Shown in pieces: positions 13,153 to 25,879 of a stretch of 64,000 bases of DNA. The stretch covers positions 31,744,001 to 31,808,000 of the forward strand of contig NC_043010.1 of the NCBI RefSeq assembly GCF_006345805.1, read 5' to 3'. Under the pieces are notes generated by a model. It was not told the DNA's origin and did not search any database. It saw nothing but the letters and a program-made list of their open reading frames with translations. The stretch's first letter is position 1; each line of letters begins with the position of its first letter. The position numbers and the translations under genes are program-made. The DNA comes from Octopus sinensis. Taxonomy: Eukaryota.

Positions 13153-13424
13153 CGTTCTTTCGATATAACTCGACAAAATCAAAACATTTCATTTCGGGTA
13201 TTTCCGTAGAAGAAAATGACAGTTCGATTCTGTTTTCTGCTTGGAAATTTGCGGATTTTACATACACACACGAAACAGGTAAGAACAAATATGCAAGGCT
13301 TTTTTTCCTTCAAGTTTAAAATGCGACATTGCTGGCATAATTTCGTTAGATCTATACCCTCCGCAACCCAAGGAAATACCCGAAGTGAAATGTCTCGACG
13401 TTGTCGAGCTATATCGAAGGAATG
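13153..13424. mobile_element. MITE/foldback with ~52-bp imperfect TIRs
   Basis: ttcgatataactcgacaa..acatttcatttcgggtatttcc versus ggaaatacccgaagtgaaatgt..ttgtcgagctatatcgaa. Confidence 0.75.
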
Positions 13425-13875
13425 ATTATTTTTGCCTTTTACAGTTTATAATTGTAAACTGGAACTAATCTCTATCTGAAATAGTCTCAAAATTCCCTCA
13501 GTTCAACATTGCGTGTTAATTTGAGAGATTTCGGAAAGGACATGGTGTGTAAGATAGTTGGAAATACACGTAAAAGAGAATGGATTGTTACTTTCGGAAG
13601 AGTGTTTCAAAATTAATCTTCTTTCATTAATAAATGTTAACTCTTTTAATTTCACTTAATATCTTACTTTAATAACGAATCCCATCGTTTCGAAGTTTGT
13701 CGATTTTTAATCATTTGTAGTCTAAAATAAAGCCCATACGAATGGCAAGAGCGTTTCTGGCTACAGAAGTTCCGAATCTGTACAGAAATTGGCATTTCAA
13801 ACTTTCAATTTCTTCATTTCTCACTTATTTTCAGAATTTTTTTTTTTTGTCATTATACGTGGAAAGGTACTTTTT

Positions 13876-14120
13876 GGTTGTCTCACCCTCATCAAAGAAT
13901 GGGGTTATCTCCCCCGTTTTACGAGTGATAACGGTACTTTTGCTCATCTCCCTCAACTAAAAAAATTGTTTAACCCTCAATAAAAAAATAAGAAAAAAAA
14001 AGTTAATAAACACGAAAACTGAAAAAAGCAATTTTTTAGTTAAGGGAGATAACCAAAAGTACCGATAGTTCTCGTAAATCGAGGGGAGATAACCCTATTT
14101 TTAATGGTAGTGAGATAACG
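13876..14120. mobile_element. Foldback/MITE with ~95-bp imperfect inverted arms
   Basis: gggttatctcccc..ttacgag..cggtacttttg..atctccct.aactaaaaaa versus ttttttagtt.agggagat..caaaagtaccg..ctcgtaa..ggggagataaccc. Confidence 0.75.
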
Positions 14121-15039
14121 TATTTTTTTGTAAATTTCAAGTTTCGTCGGGTAGAAAAATCACTTTCAGTTGTAAAAAAATTTAAAAAAACCCCAAAAAA
14201 CTGAACGCTTTAATTACACTTTCTGTCACAGTAAACCTCATTTTACCCTGGGAAATTTCTCTGAAAGGCATCTTTGCTGAAAAGGTGATCATTATTTTAT
14301 CACATTTTTTTTTGCCCCCAACAAATTCCTATATTATCAGAGCCTACACTATCTGAAGCATATATGTATAAAATTTTGCGAAGAAACAAAACTGATATGG
14401 GAATTTTTTGAAACCCCTCTCCAAACTGTTGGGAAAATTTTTTTACAGATTCGGAATCTCCATAAACAAAAACGTGGGTTTCTGTCGGGGGGAAAAAACA
14501 AAACAAAAAAGAAAACTAGAAGTGGGCGTAGTGACGGTTCACCTTGCCCGCCGTAAAGTTTCTGTGTTTAATTTTGTTGTTATTCTCCATGTTAGAGCAA
14601 ATCGAGCAAGAAGCGAGGTTGTGAGGAACTGCAAATCCACTAATGGGAGATAACTCACATATCTAACGCTTGTTTGCTTTGCAGCACATATGAAGTAACA
14701 TTTTTGGCATACCTACACAATGTGCTCCCTCCCGACTTTGTTGCCGTCTAACTTCCAAGAAAAAAGAAAAATGGATATTCTTTAATGAAATTTCTACAGA
14801 TATGCTTCAGATAGTGCAGATTTCGATTATATTGGAATTTATGTTGAAACATTTTTCTGAGGGTTGTGGTGAAGAGTATTGGAAAATTCACATGAGTTGA
14901 CTTTGTTTTCTCATAGCTTTCAGAAAAATAGGTAATTTATAAAGAAATTTTTTAAAATTGTCCATTTAAAAAAGCAGAGTGCTTTCATTGTGGAAATATA
15001 GAACATAAAAATGCACTGTAGAATGAAGATAACAAAACC

Positions 15040-16470
15040 ACAGAACAAAGAAAAAAATAATAAATAGTATATCATTAGAAGAAATTGGAAATATAATGAT
15101 GAGGAAATTCATGACGGACAAAATCAGAAATACAAGTGTTAAAATGCAGTTGGACACTGGTAGTGGTATTGCCATTATAAACGAAAAATGTGGAACTAAG
15201 TCGATAAGCTGAAATTAATTAAATCTTAAAAGGTAGCACATGGTGTTACAAGAAGAAGATTATATTTTCTTGGTAAATTTGAATGTAGTGTAACATTTTG
15301 AGATCAAACAAAAAAAGCTAAGATTTATGTGTTAAAAAATTCCCATAATCTTTTCAGCACAGAGTGGATGGAACTGTTCAAAGTATGGAATGTGCCCATA
15401 CATGTTTTGTTTGGAAATATAGTCAGTTCAGTTAAAAGTTCAAATGAGGCTGAATGACTGAAACAAAAAATTGCAGTAAAACAGAATTGAAAACCTGTAT
15501 GTAAGCCAAAACAAAATAAAAAATTGCTCATGATAAAAAATAAACATTGTTCAAAGCAGATGTTCCATGGATGAAACCACACATCGACTTTTGCTGGTCT
15601 TTTAAATGATTCTTACTACTTAGTGGTAGTTGATAGTTTTTCAAACTTTTCCTGAAATTCATAAGTAAAACACCAACCTCCTCAACTGTGATAAATTTTT
15701 TACACTAATTGTTTGCAAGATTTGGCATCCCAAAGAAGATTGTGTCTGACAATGGAATGCAGTTTGTGTCTGTTGAATTTGAAATATTTTGTGAAGCATT
15801 CGTGGTAGAATATATAACTATGGTGCCATATCATCCCAGATCTAATGGACAGGCAGAATGCTTTGTCAATACCTTCAAAAGGGTCCTTAGAAAATCACAG
15901 ATGAGATTGCTCAACAACAATTTTTAAAAGTGTACCGTGTGACACCAAACCCAAATACACCAGCAGGTAGCTCACCTGCGGAGCTGATGTTTGTAAGGAA
16001 AGTAAAATCAGTCTTTGCTAAATTGTTACCAGGCGAGAAAAGAAAAAGTGCCAGGGAAGACATAACAAGGTTCTTTAAAGTTGGTGAAAAGGTGTATATG
16101 AGGGCGTACAAGAATAGAAGGCAGAGTTGTGAAGATGGCGTAATTGCCAAATGCATAAGTAAAATGATATAGTCGGTGAAAAGTAGAAAAGGCATACAAA
16201 AGAGACACAGGAACCGACTGAAAAACAGATTCATGGAAAGCGAACCTAAGAAGTTGGAGGAATGGTTGTATGATGTTCTAAATACCAATTCCCCTGCATA
16301 TGATTGAACCCAAATGTACAAGTGAGAAGAAAAGAAAACAGAGTTCCTGAAAATAGATACCAAACACAAAAAAAAAATAAAAACTCAAAGAAAAGGAAGG
16401 TGGGTGAATAAAAAAAGATTATTGCTAAATAAAATGACACTTCCTATGAAAAACTTAAAGGGGAGATGTA
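15040..16470 (+). mobile_element. Gypsy/Ty3 LTR-retrotransposon remnant (protease and integrase; RT/RNase H deleted)
   Basis: MQLDTGSG protease; integrase HIDFAG..LVVVDSFS, FARFGIPKKIVSDNG.QF, PYHPRSNGQAE, YRVTP..SPAELM; polypurine tract aaggggaga followed by TG near 16467. Confidence 0.9.
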
Positions 16471-16623
16471 GGTTCTTGAAAGCATGAAAAGCAAAGCAGA
16501 CCACAGCGTAATTTTAACTCAGAATGTGAAGATGAACAAGCTGCAGCTAAGCATTTTGCCTCACATGCTAATGATTCCACCTGCTTGCCATAATTTTTTT
16601 CATTTATTTACAAATATTAATAA

Positions 16624-16814
16624 AGGCACCTGTGCTGGTGGCACGTAAAAAGCACCCACTACACTCACGGAGTGGTTGGCATTAGGAAGGGCATCCAGCT
16701 GTAGAAACACTGCCAGATCAGACTGGGCCTGACACAGCCTTCTGGCTTCCCAGACCCCAGTTGAACCGTCCAACCCATGCTAGCATGGAAAACGGATGTT
16801 AAACGATGATGATG
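16624..16814 (+). mobile_element. SINE-like family C (3' tail cccatgctagcatgga..gttaaacgatgatg)
   Basis: Recurs at ~44428, ~52340(-), ~58190, ~61241(-); tail-only pieces at ~6690, ~22870, ~28893. Confidence 0.8.
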
Positions 16815-17522
16815 AATAAAATTTTTGTTTACTAATATTAAACACCTGAACATGTCAGCTGAGATATAGAGAACTCATTCATGTATAGAATAAATTTATG
16901 TGCATTCGCTTTGTGTGTGTACTCATCTGATTTAATATAATGTTATAGTTTACCTGAAAGAAAGAAGTCAGAGAAAGTAAGTGGGGACATCTATTCATGA
17001 TCTAACAATTAGCACAGTTAAAACAGTAATCACATTGAGTGAGAGATACATATACCACACAGTACAAACAACACTGAGAGTTACCAAGAACAAACTTATG
17101 TATTTGGCACTGGCACATTGCTGTCCATATGTCAGCACCATCTATTACTAAACTAAATAATGAACTTTCTCATCGTTTGTTTTATTGCTATTATTTCTTA
17201 TATTTTGAATTAAGACTGCTTCCAATTTGGCAAATTTTGTAATACAGCCTATATGTAGCCAAAAGTATAGTTATAATCTTGCACATAACTCAAAATCCTG
17301 ATATACTAGAACAATTCTGAGTTTGAATTTGGAATCAGCATTCTTGATTTAGTCTAAAACACATGCTTTTACCCCAGTAGCAAAATCTTTGTTGTCTAGT
17401 GTAATATATTGAGTTGGAATCTAATTTTTTCGAGAATTCTATTTTTGAATCATTTTGAAATCTATTTTGTTTTTTTTTTCTAGTTAATTTTAGTTAATTT
17501 TTGTTTATTTTCAGATCATTAA

Positions 17523-18000
17523 AATGGAATGTCAAGTTAAGAAAAACGAGCGTTTTCGACACCTGCGTGTTTTTCCTTTTAATCAAGGTTCTAAGGCTGC
17601 AAAAGCTGCTTGCGACATTTGTGCTGTGTATGGAGAAGGTGCCATAGCTGAAAGAGCCGCTCGTGATTGATATGCCAAGTTCAAAAATGGAAATTTTGAC
17701 CTCAAAACGCACCTTGTTCTGGCTGTCCAGTTGAGTTCAATGAAGAGCAATTAAACCAACTTTTGCATGAAAATTCTCGTCAAACAAGGGAACTGGCAGA
17801 GAAAATGGAATGCTCCCACACTGCTATAGAGAAGCATCTTCACTTCATGGGAAAAGTTCGGAAGTATGGAGCATGAGTTCTGTATGCTTTAAGTGGTTTG
17901 CTTGCTCATCACCGCTCAACTCATGGACACAAGCAATGATTTCTTTACCAAATCGTTACTGATGACAACAAATGGTGCCTGTATATCAATATGAAGCAGC
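17523..18000 (+). mobile_element. Mariner transposase 5' fragment, ending at a Penelope-like element
   Basis: MECQVKKNERFRH..GSKAAKAACDICAVYGEGAIAE..KFKNGNFDL; IVTDDNKWCLYIN then abrupt end. Confidence 0.85.
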
Positions 18001-18150
18001 ATATAATACATTTTGTTGAATGTTTTCTTAAATACTTTCTTGTAAATTGTTTTTAACATTTTCTTATTATTATCAAAGAATGTATACATGTATTTTAATA
18101 CTTTTGTGACAACCAGTACTTAACACAACAAAGCTTATATAAAGCCTTAC

Positions 18151-18200
18151 ATTTTACTTTTGACAATCTTTTTCTAAAAATGTGAAACCAGTCAAGTGAA
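18151..18200 (+). ncRNA. Hammerhead fold in 5' pLTR, U3-A8 core variant
   Basis: Stem I tttactt/aagtgaa; core TTGACAA 18160-18166; GAAA 18184-18187; ccag-TC; stems II and III partly decayed. Confidence 0.6.
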
Positions 18201-19506
18201 TAAGCATCTTTAAAGTTGCATTTTCAAACCTTCTTTCATATATATTCCCACTCGTGTGGGTACCTTACAACTTCACTTTCTTATATATATAAACACCACA
18301 CGAGTCCTGAAAATGCCACCTAAGTCATAACAAACAGAAAAGTTATTGAACCAAAGCATCCTAAAAAAATTACAGGAAATCTCCAAACTTTCAACCCTAA
18401 CTAACAAAGTCATGCAATCACAATTATACCTAAATGGACTCCTGGAGGCTGAAACAGTTAATCAAACTCCTGACATCATCTGAACATTACAAAATCTAAT
18501 CAAATCTATAGAGACAACAATACTTCAAAAGCAGGAACACACTACAGACTATCACTCAATTAAAAACACTCTTAACATCTGGATTAAAAATCTCACAGCA
18601 TGAAAATTTGCTTTCTGGAACTTCATAAAAAATAATAACAAAGCAGACATTTATGAAAAGTGGCTCAACTCCACTTCAATCATCCTACCCCAAAAACTGC
18701 AAATAAAACCCATCCAAAATGAACCAGAAAATCAACAAACCCTCAAGGAGAAACTGGTTTTCGAAAAATTCAAAACAGAAATAGAACTAAGAGCCAATTC
18801 CAGTGAAGAACAATTCAAGGTCCTTGACAACGAAATGCAAATTGAAATTTCAAAATGCTGTGAAAGTGCACTCTTTGATAAAACCACCAAACTCTGGAGA
18901 AAAAACTGTGAGGATGAACTAACATCCCTCCAACGAAAGGAAAAAACACCTGGTTTGCCAGTTATGAAACGGAGTTCAAAAACGAACACCTTATAAGCAA
19001 CACATTTTTAAAAAAAATAACTACAACCCACACACCTCACCAACAACAAAGAAAACAAATCACAAAACATCAAACATGCACCACTCCTAACTTTGACAAC
19101 AACAATAACAGAACTTACAGACAGCACTATAACCCTATCAAAAGAACCCAGGCACCCACCAACCCAAGACAAAACTTTACCAGGCACTGTAGATCCCAGC
19201 CGACACAAGAACTGTTCCAAAATCAGGGATTCTACCCATCACATAGGAATTCACCTCTAAACCATGATTGTAGGTCCCAACCCAAACCGTTCCAAACTTG
19301 GAGATCCCACCTACCATATAAGAATTCACCTCTAAACCATGATTGTAGGTTCCAACCCACTCTAAGGAACCAAAATTACACCCAGTACGAACAACCCAGA
19401 CCCCGGAATAACCAAAACCCCTTTAGTAGGCAACACATCAAAATACTGCAGACAGAAGAACCCCCAGAAATCATTTTTTAGGCTAAGGCAACAGAATCCA
19501 CAACAG

Positions 19507-21135
19507 ATGGTAGATACCAACCCTGTAAAACCAAAAATATTGAATCTCTCAAACCTAAACCTGTCGACCCAACAAATCAAAATCCTTTCAAAAGGACTAA
19601 AATTCACTCCAACTCCACAATACTCTAACCTGAGTGAAATACAGGATGATGTCACACTTTTGCAGAAAATTACGCCTCACAGAGGAATTTTTTGACAAAG
19701 AAATCAATAACAATGAATCAATGGTTTGTAACAAAAGCAGTTATAATCCCACAAAAGGCAGAAACAAAACTGGATAAATTTTGTGACTACATTTCAAACT
19801 TTCCTTATAGTGAACTTCCACAGCCTAAACCCAACATCAGTAAAAGGGAATGGGAAATCATCTACAAGTTACGAAACAATCATGATATCACAATCAAGGA
19901 AGCAGATAAGGGTAGTACTGTCATCATTATGGATACTGGACAATACAAAAACTCTGTATCTCACCTTTTACAAGATACTATCTACTATGAAAGAGTAGTC
20001 AACTACCAACAGTCAAAAACAATGACCAAATTAAACACACTCATTTGCCAAGATCGAAACAACTTAACAGCAAAGGAATGCGACTACATAACAAACTTGA
20101 ATTGCAAAACCAGCATCCTCTAAGGGCTTCCAAAAATCCACAAGAGCAAAATTATTACCAAAGCTTGCAAAAAGTCCACTTCAACCTGCATAACTGTGCC
20201 AGATCCTACTGATCTCAAAATGAGACCAATTGTGGCAGGCCCAAACTGTGAAGCACACAGATTAAGCAATTTTATTGATACCATCCTAAAACCAATACTG
20301 AAACACATACCAAGTATTGTAAGAGATGACCTGGACCTATTAAATCATCTCCCCAAACATACCAATAAAGACATTTTAATTGTCTCCTTTGATGTAATAA
20401 ACCTTTACACTATGATCCCACATGAATATGGACTGGAAGCCATTAAATTTTGGCTAGAAAATACCCCAATGAGGTCCTGGAAAGAATAAAAAAGAATTCA
20501 TCACTGAGGGCTTTAAGTTTATTTTCCAAAACAACTTTTTTTAATTTTAATAATAACACCTACAGACAGGTGTCAGGGACTGCAGTGGGTACTAAAGTTG
20601 CTCCTACTTATGCAAACCTGGTGATGGCCTACCTAGAATTACAAATTTATGAAGAATCCAAATATAAGTATGACCTGTCGTTCCACAAATACCTGTTGGA
20701 GAATTGGAAATGCTGCTTGGATGATTGCCTTATCCTATGGTCCCACACACTCGACCAACTTATTGATTTCAAAAGCTTAATCAACAGTGTCAACAACCAT
20801 ATCCAATTTACAATGGAATATAGTCAAGACCAACTTCCTTTTCTTGACATTCTTATAAAAAAAGGCACCAACATTGAAACTGATATCCACTACAAACCAA
20901 CTGATTCCAAATAATACCTTCTGTTCACCTCCAATCACCCAAAGCACACGAAGACAAACATCCCCTTCAACCTAGCGAGAAGAATCTGTACAATTGTCTC
21001 AAATTATAGAACATGAAATAAAAGACTCCAAGAACTAAAGGCAATTCTTCTTGAAAGACATTATCCAGCATCATTAGTTGACAATGGAATAGACCGGGCC
21101 AAGAAAATTACTACCCAAGACTTACGAAAACCATA
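19507..21135 (+). pseudogene. PLE reverse transcriptase (frameshifted)
   Basis: Consecutive ORF pieces 19507-19695, 19692-20123, 20196-20489 and 20450-20914 carry ordered RT motifs; thumb NIPFNLARRI follows. Confidence 0.9.
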
Positions 21136-22080
21136 CCTACATATATACAGACACACAAATGCATACTCAACACCAGCATACACAAAACGCACATGCACAC
21201 ACATACACACCACCCAGATAAACCCAACACACAGAACCCCTGATAAATACAACACATTTGCACACACATACACACCCACACATACCCATACACATACATA
21301 TGCACCCTCACACACACATACGGTTGCTCACATACACATAGACACCACAAGGACAAAACACAAGCATACTCAGACACAACACATACACTCATGTACACAC
21401 GCATAACATCCCCACCATCACAAAATACACAAGCATACACACGCACACACACAGATGCACACATACATATGCACCCTCACACACATGGTTACTCACACAC
21501 ACACACACACCACAAGGACAATTAAAACAGCACAAACATACTCAGACAGAGACACATACACACTCACGTACACACATAACATCCCACCAACACAAAACAC
21601 AAACATACATGCACACACACAGACGCACACCCAAACAAACATAAACACACATGCGCACACACAACACCCCCATAAATACCAATCACACACATACACACAC
21701 AACACACACATACTCAGACAGAAACTCACACACACTCACATACACACACATACCATCCCCACCAACACAAAACACACAAACATGCACGCACCCACATACA
21801 CACATGCACGCACCCACATACACACATGCACACACACGAACAAACACATACACAGACATGCGCACACACAACACCCTAACAAATATTAATCACACACATA
21901 TACACACACACAAACGTGCACACACATACACACACCATCCTACCAAATATAAAACACACACATCCATTTACACATGCCACGATAAACTCTGGGACCAATC
22001 AAAAATGGCCCACACACATAAACACATGTATATACACACACATATAGAGACGTGCACAGAGACACATACACTCACACCAT
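21135..22080. repeat. Cryptic CA-rich low-complexity tract inside the PLE
   Basis: Degenerate (CA)n with internally repeated blocks such as caccacaaggacaa and catactcagaca. Confidence 0.85.
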
Positions 22081-22502
22081 TCTGACCTCTAAGACCTGTC
22101 CCAAAATCCACTGCACTATGACAGACTAGCAACGAAACAAAAAAATCCTTTTAATTCCACATTGCTCTTCCTTCCCTCAACCCCAACCTACCTCCCACAC
22201 TGTCCCTTAAAATAGCAAACAATCCTTAGCTACACACAAAATAAAAAATGCCAGGAATACAGATTGGTTCCTCTCAAATTCTTTGTAGACTCTTAAATAT
22301 ATCTCCTTCTGTGTATATATAAACTACCAAACAAACATGATTTTTATTGAACTCCTAATACTTTTTGTTGAATATTTTCTTAAATACTTTCTTGTAAACT
22401 GTTTTTATCATTTTCTTATTATTATCAAAGAATGTATATATGTATTTTAATACTTTTGTGACAACCAGTACTTAAAATAACAAAGCTTATATAAAGCCTT
22501 TC

Positions 22503-22552
22503 ATTTTACTTTTGACAATCTTTTTATAAAAAAGTGAAACCGGTCAAGTGAA
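22503..22552 (+). ncRNA. Hammerhead fold in 3' pLTR, U3-A8 core variant
   Basis: Stem I 7 bp; TTGACAA 22512-22518; stem II cttttt/aaaaag; GAAA 22536-22539; palindromic accggt; GTC. Confidence 0.75.
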
Positions 22553-22632
22553 TAAACATCTTTAAAATTGCCTTTTCAAACCTTCTTTTATATATATTTC
22601 CGCTCGTGTGGGTACCTTACAATTTCACTTTG

Positions 22633-22664
<32 letters not shown>

Positions 22665-23735
22665 CGAAACAAAAAATCCTTTTAATTCCACATTGCTCTT
22701 CCTTCCCTCAACCCCAACCTACCTCCCACACTGTCCCTTAAAATAGCAAACAATCCTTAGTTACACACAAAATAAAAAATACCAGGAATACAGATTGGTT
22801 CCTCTCAAATTCTTTGTAGACTCTTAAATATATCTCCTTCTGTGTATATATAAACTACCAAACAAACACCCATGCTAGCATGGAGAACGGACGTTAAACG
22901 ATGATGATATATATATACTCCGTCCAGTAACGAGTTTCAGACCTGTGCTGATATCCAGCAATTTGTGTGCCATGTCAGGCTACATCCACTATCCCACAAC
23001 ACTTCACCTGTGTCTAATGAAGAAGACTGCTTCACTGACCTGGGCCAATGACCATCCCACTGGATGCCAACTCCTGACCAGTTCCAAGCAGTTGATCAAT
23101 TTGCAAGCATCTGTCAATGTGTTGTAGGGTGGTTCAACTTTGGGGTAGTTGTTGCAACAACTACCCCAAAAGCATACTCTCCAATTAGGAAGAAGGGATA
23201 GGATGAAACCGATAATCTGTCCACCGTTTGTCTACCCTATGTGAAAGGCCTCTCCAAAAAGATACAAAAGATATGTGGCCCATATGACAAGGATAGTATT
23301 CAAAAGTAATACAACACTTCGCATATATCTCCTTCGAGTTAAACCACCAATCGAAAAGAATATGACAAAGAACTGCGTGTCCTCCATCCCATGCAGCTGT
23401 GGTAGGTTATACAAAGGCGAAACATGCCACCTCCTCAAAATAAAGGTAGAGAAACATCGCAAAGCTGTGACACAGGGAAATATTGATCAATCAGGTATAG
23501 CTGATCATTTATGGAAAAATGGAGACTACCTCCCCCCGTGGGATGAAGTTAAAATAATGGACAGAGAACACCACTGGAAAATACAAAAACTAAAAGAAGC
23601 AGCACATATGCTAGGACACAACAACCTCCTAAGCAGATCGAGTGCAGATATGAACAGCATATGGGAACTAGTATTAAGGAAGGATAGGAGAATATTAGAT
23701 TTATAAGCCCTAAAATTCACTCCATAATTGCCCGC

Positions 23736-23809
23736 GGGCATATGGCTTAGCGGTTAAGAGCGCGGGCTACTAACCCCAAAATTCCGAGTTCAATTCCAGG
23801 CAGTGACCT
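23736..23809 (+). promoter_or_regulatory. tRNA-like Pol III internal promoter
   Basis: A box TGGCTTAGCGG 23743-23753; B box GAGTTCAATTCC 23786-23797; anticodon-like arm ggg-ctactaa-ccc. Confidence 0.7.
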
Positions 23810-23863
23810 GAATAATAATAATAATAATAATATTAATAATAACCTTAGGAACGAGACACCAAG

Positions 23864-23906
23864 ACACCTGATGAAGTCTGGAGGGTATATCAGCTGAAAC
23901 ATGTTA
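23864..23906 (+). ncRNA. Hammerhead fold, stem I damaged
   Basis: CTGATGA 23868-23874; stem II ag(t)ctg/cagct; GAAA 23896-23899; palindromic acatgt. Confidence 0.6.
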
Positions 23907-24029
23907 ACAACAAACAAGATGAGGACAAATATTCGTCAATTGTAAATAATGTACATAATGCCTCATCTCTTAAATATAGAAGTGTAACTTCTCTTTTACT
24001 ATTCCTAATTCCTCTGTCAACTCAGGCTT

Positions 24030-25850
24030 TGCAGTGACAACCATGATTTTGAGAGACAGCTCACCACTTCACCCTACATGGATATCTCCTCACCATTATC
24101 CACACTGCCATCGTCCTGTAAATTTTGGATTGTGCCTCTACTCTTTCTCCTCACACCCACCCTACTCTTACCCATCTCCCATTCCCCTTCCTCTACCACC
24201 CCTCCAAAGCACCATTCTCTGAGTCTTCCGGGAATTCCAGTTTGACCCATCATCTTGCACATTTTCCCTAACCCAACCTTTACCTCCTTCAAATGAGTCC
24301 TGTGTGACCTCCTGGTCCACAGTCTCTTTTCTACCCCTGTCTCCCAGCTTGGCTCCTTCTGCTCTCGCCCACGCTGTTGCACTTACCCCTTCCTCTCCAA
24401 CATCACTGTCCTCACAGGCACCCTCCCATCACAGCATCGATTCCTTTACCTGCACATCCAGTAATGTTATTTACTGCATCTTCTGCTCTCTCTGTCCTTC
24501 CTGGTACATTGGTCAAATGGGACATTGCTTGGCTGACTGGTTTGCAGAGCACCTCCTAAACATCTGACTTGGCAATTACACCCTGGTCTCATGCCATTTC
24601 TGCTCTACTGGTCATTCGCTACATCTGTTTGTGTTTGGATTGTCTCTGCACAGGGCCCACCCATACTCTCACCTTCACCATGAGCAGGAATTAATCTTCT
24701 CCCTTTGTTCCTTTGCACCTTATGGGTTCAACTTGCTACCTCTTTTCATCTGACACCACCTCACACAGATTGCCTCAGTACTCTCACCACATACACACCA
24801 CTATTCAGACACCCATACACACTGTTCAACTCATTACTCACTTCACACACCATTACACTCACACCCACAAAAACCTTCCCACTCCATACACACTACCACC
24901 AAACACTTCTCAGTACCTACATCACACACTATTATCCACATACCCACACACACTCTTCAATAGCATCCTCACACATACCACTATATGAACATCGCTATGC
25001 ACTGTTTAACTCAGTACACACACCATCATCCACACTCCCACACCAACACAAGCATGTAATGCCTAAACACTGACTATATACACACACACACATTCAACAT
25101 GCATAAATACAGATAACTTTCACCTAGAAACATATACTATACACATGCACACTATATGGTCACAGTCACACACACACATACATACATGCTCACGCCACCT
25201 GAACAGGCACATATCAACTGTTAAATGCAAGTATTTGCACATGCGCACACACATACACACACGCACATGTTAGCCTCACACATATACACATGATGATATG
25301 CATACTCACACATATACACATATACACAGATATACAAATACATAAAATGCACATTTCTCTACACAACACATACACTAGGTTACTTGTACACATAGGCCAA
25401 TGTGTTTGCACACACACACACACACACATACATACTAGTATATGTAACACATACAACTCCACATAATGTATGCACTGGGTCATTTCCAAACATACACAGG
25501 TCCACATATTTTTCAGCTTGCTCACACATACTCACACACTTACCCTTATTCATACATACACACTCATTCACACCATTCTTACATATACGTGTGTGCAAGA
25601 ATAAATTTGTTCAGCCGTCAGCCTTCTTCTGGCTATTTCGTCATGTTGAACTGTTAATTGCTAAAAAAATGTTTTTTCTCTCTCAATTTTTTTCATTTTC
25701 TCTCCTTTTTTTCTTATTCTTTTCTATTGAAGATCATAGGCTTGAAATGTAAAAGACAGTTCCATTCTTCCTGAGCATTAAACCAATACACCTGCTTGTT
25801 TTCATACACCTGTCTTTGTCTTTTGTTTTCTGCAAATTTGAATAATACAC
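24030..25850 (+). mobile_element. 5'-truncated PLE (Neptune-like): GIY-YIG remnant, CA-rich spacer, pLTR
   Basis: FTCTSSNVIYCIFCSLCPSWYIGQ..FAEH..EQELIFSL..PYGFN; CA-rich 24750-25590; terminal module also present at 45980-46170(-). Confidence 0.8.
25719..25756 (+). ncRNA. Degenerate hammerhead-like motif (core CTATTGA)
   Basis: ttt-CTATTGA-agatcataggctt-GAAA-tg-TA-aaa; homologous to 46066-46105(-). Confidence 0.4.
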
Positions 25851-25879
25851 ACACACACACACATATACTCTTTACTCTC

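Larger units (their letters stand above)
18004..22868 (+). mobile_element. Penelope-like retroelement with direct pseudo-LTRs and decayed RT
   Basis: ~285-bp direct repeats at 18004-18290 and 22356-22640; RT motifs LSKGLKFTPTP, IKEADKGS, RPIVAGP, SFDVINLYT.IP, GTAVGTKVAPTYANL, LDDC, LPFLD, YKPTDS; 22131-22337 repeated at 22662-22868. Confidence 0.93.
23200..23985 (+). mobile_element. 5'-truncated PLE (Penelope/Poseidon-like): GIY-YIG endonuclease plus 3' end with tRNA-like head and HHR
   Basis: LPYVKGLS..; ORF 23275-23706 with CVSSIPCSCGRLYKGET..HRK..SGIADH..KLKEA. Confidence 0.88.

Noticed and set aside
13270-13285. Splice donor CAG|GTAAGA as a first exon
   Set aside because: Lies inside a MITE and such motifs arise by chance; no exon support.
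23736-23809. Functional tRNA gene (ACT anticodon)
   Set aside because: Acceptor and T stems are imperfect, there is no oligo-T terminator, and it is embedded in a retroelement; treated as a tRNA-derived head.
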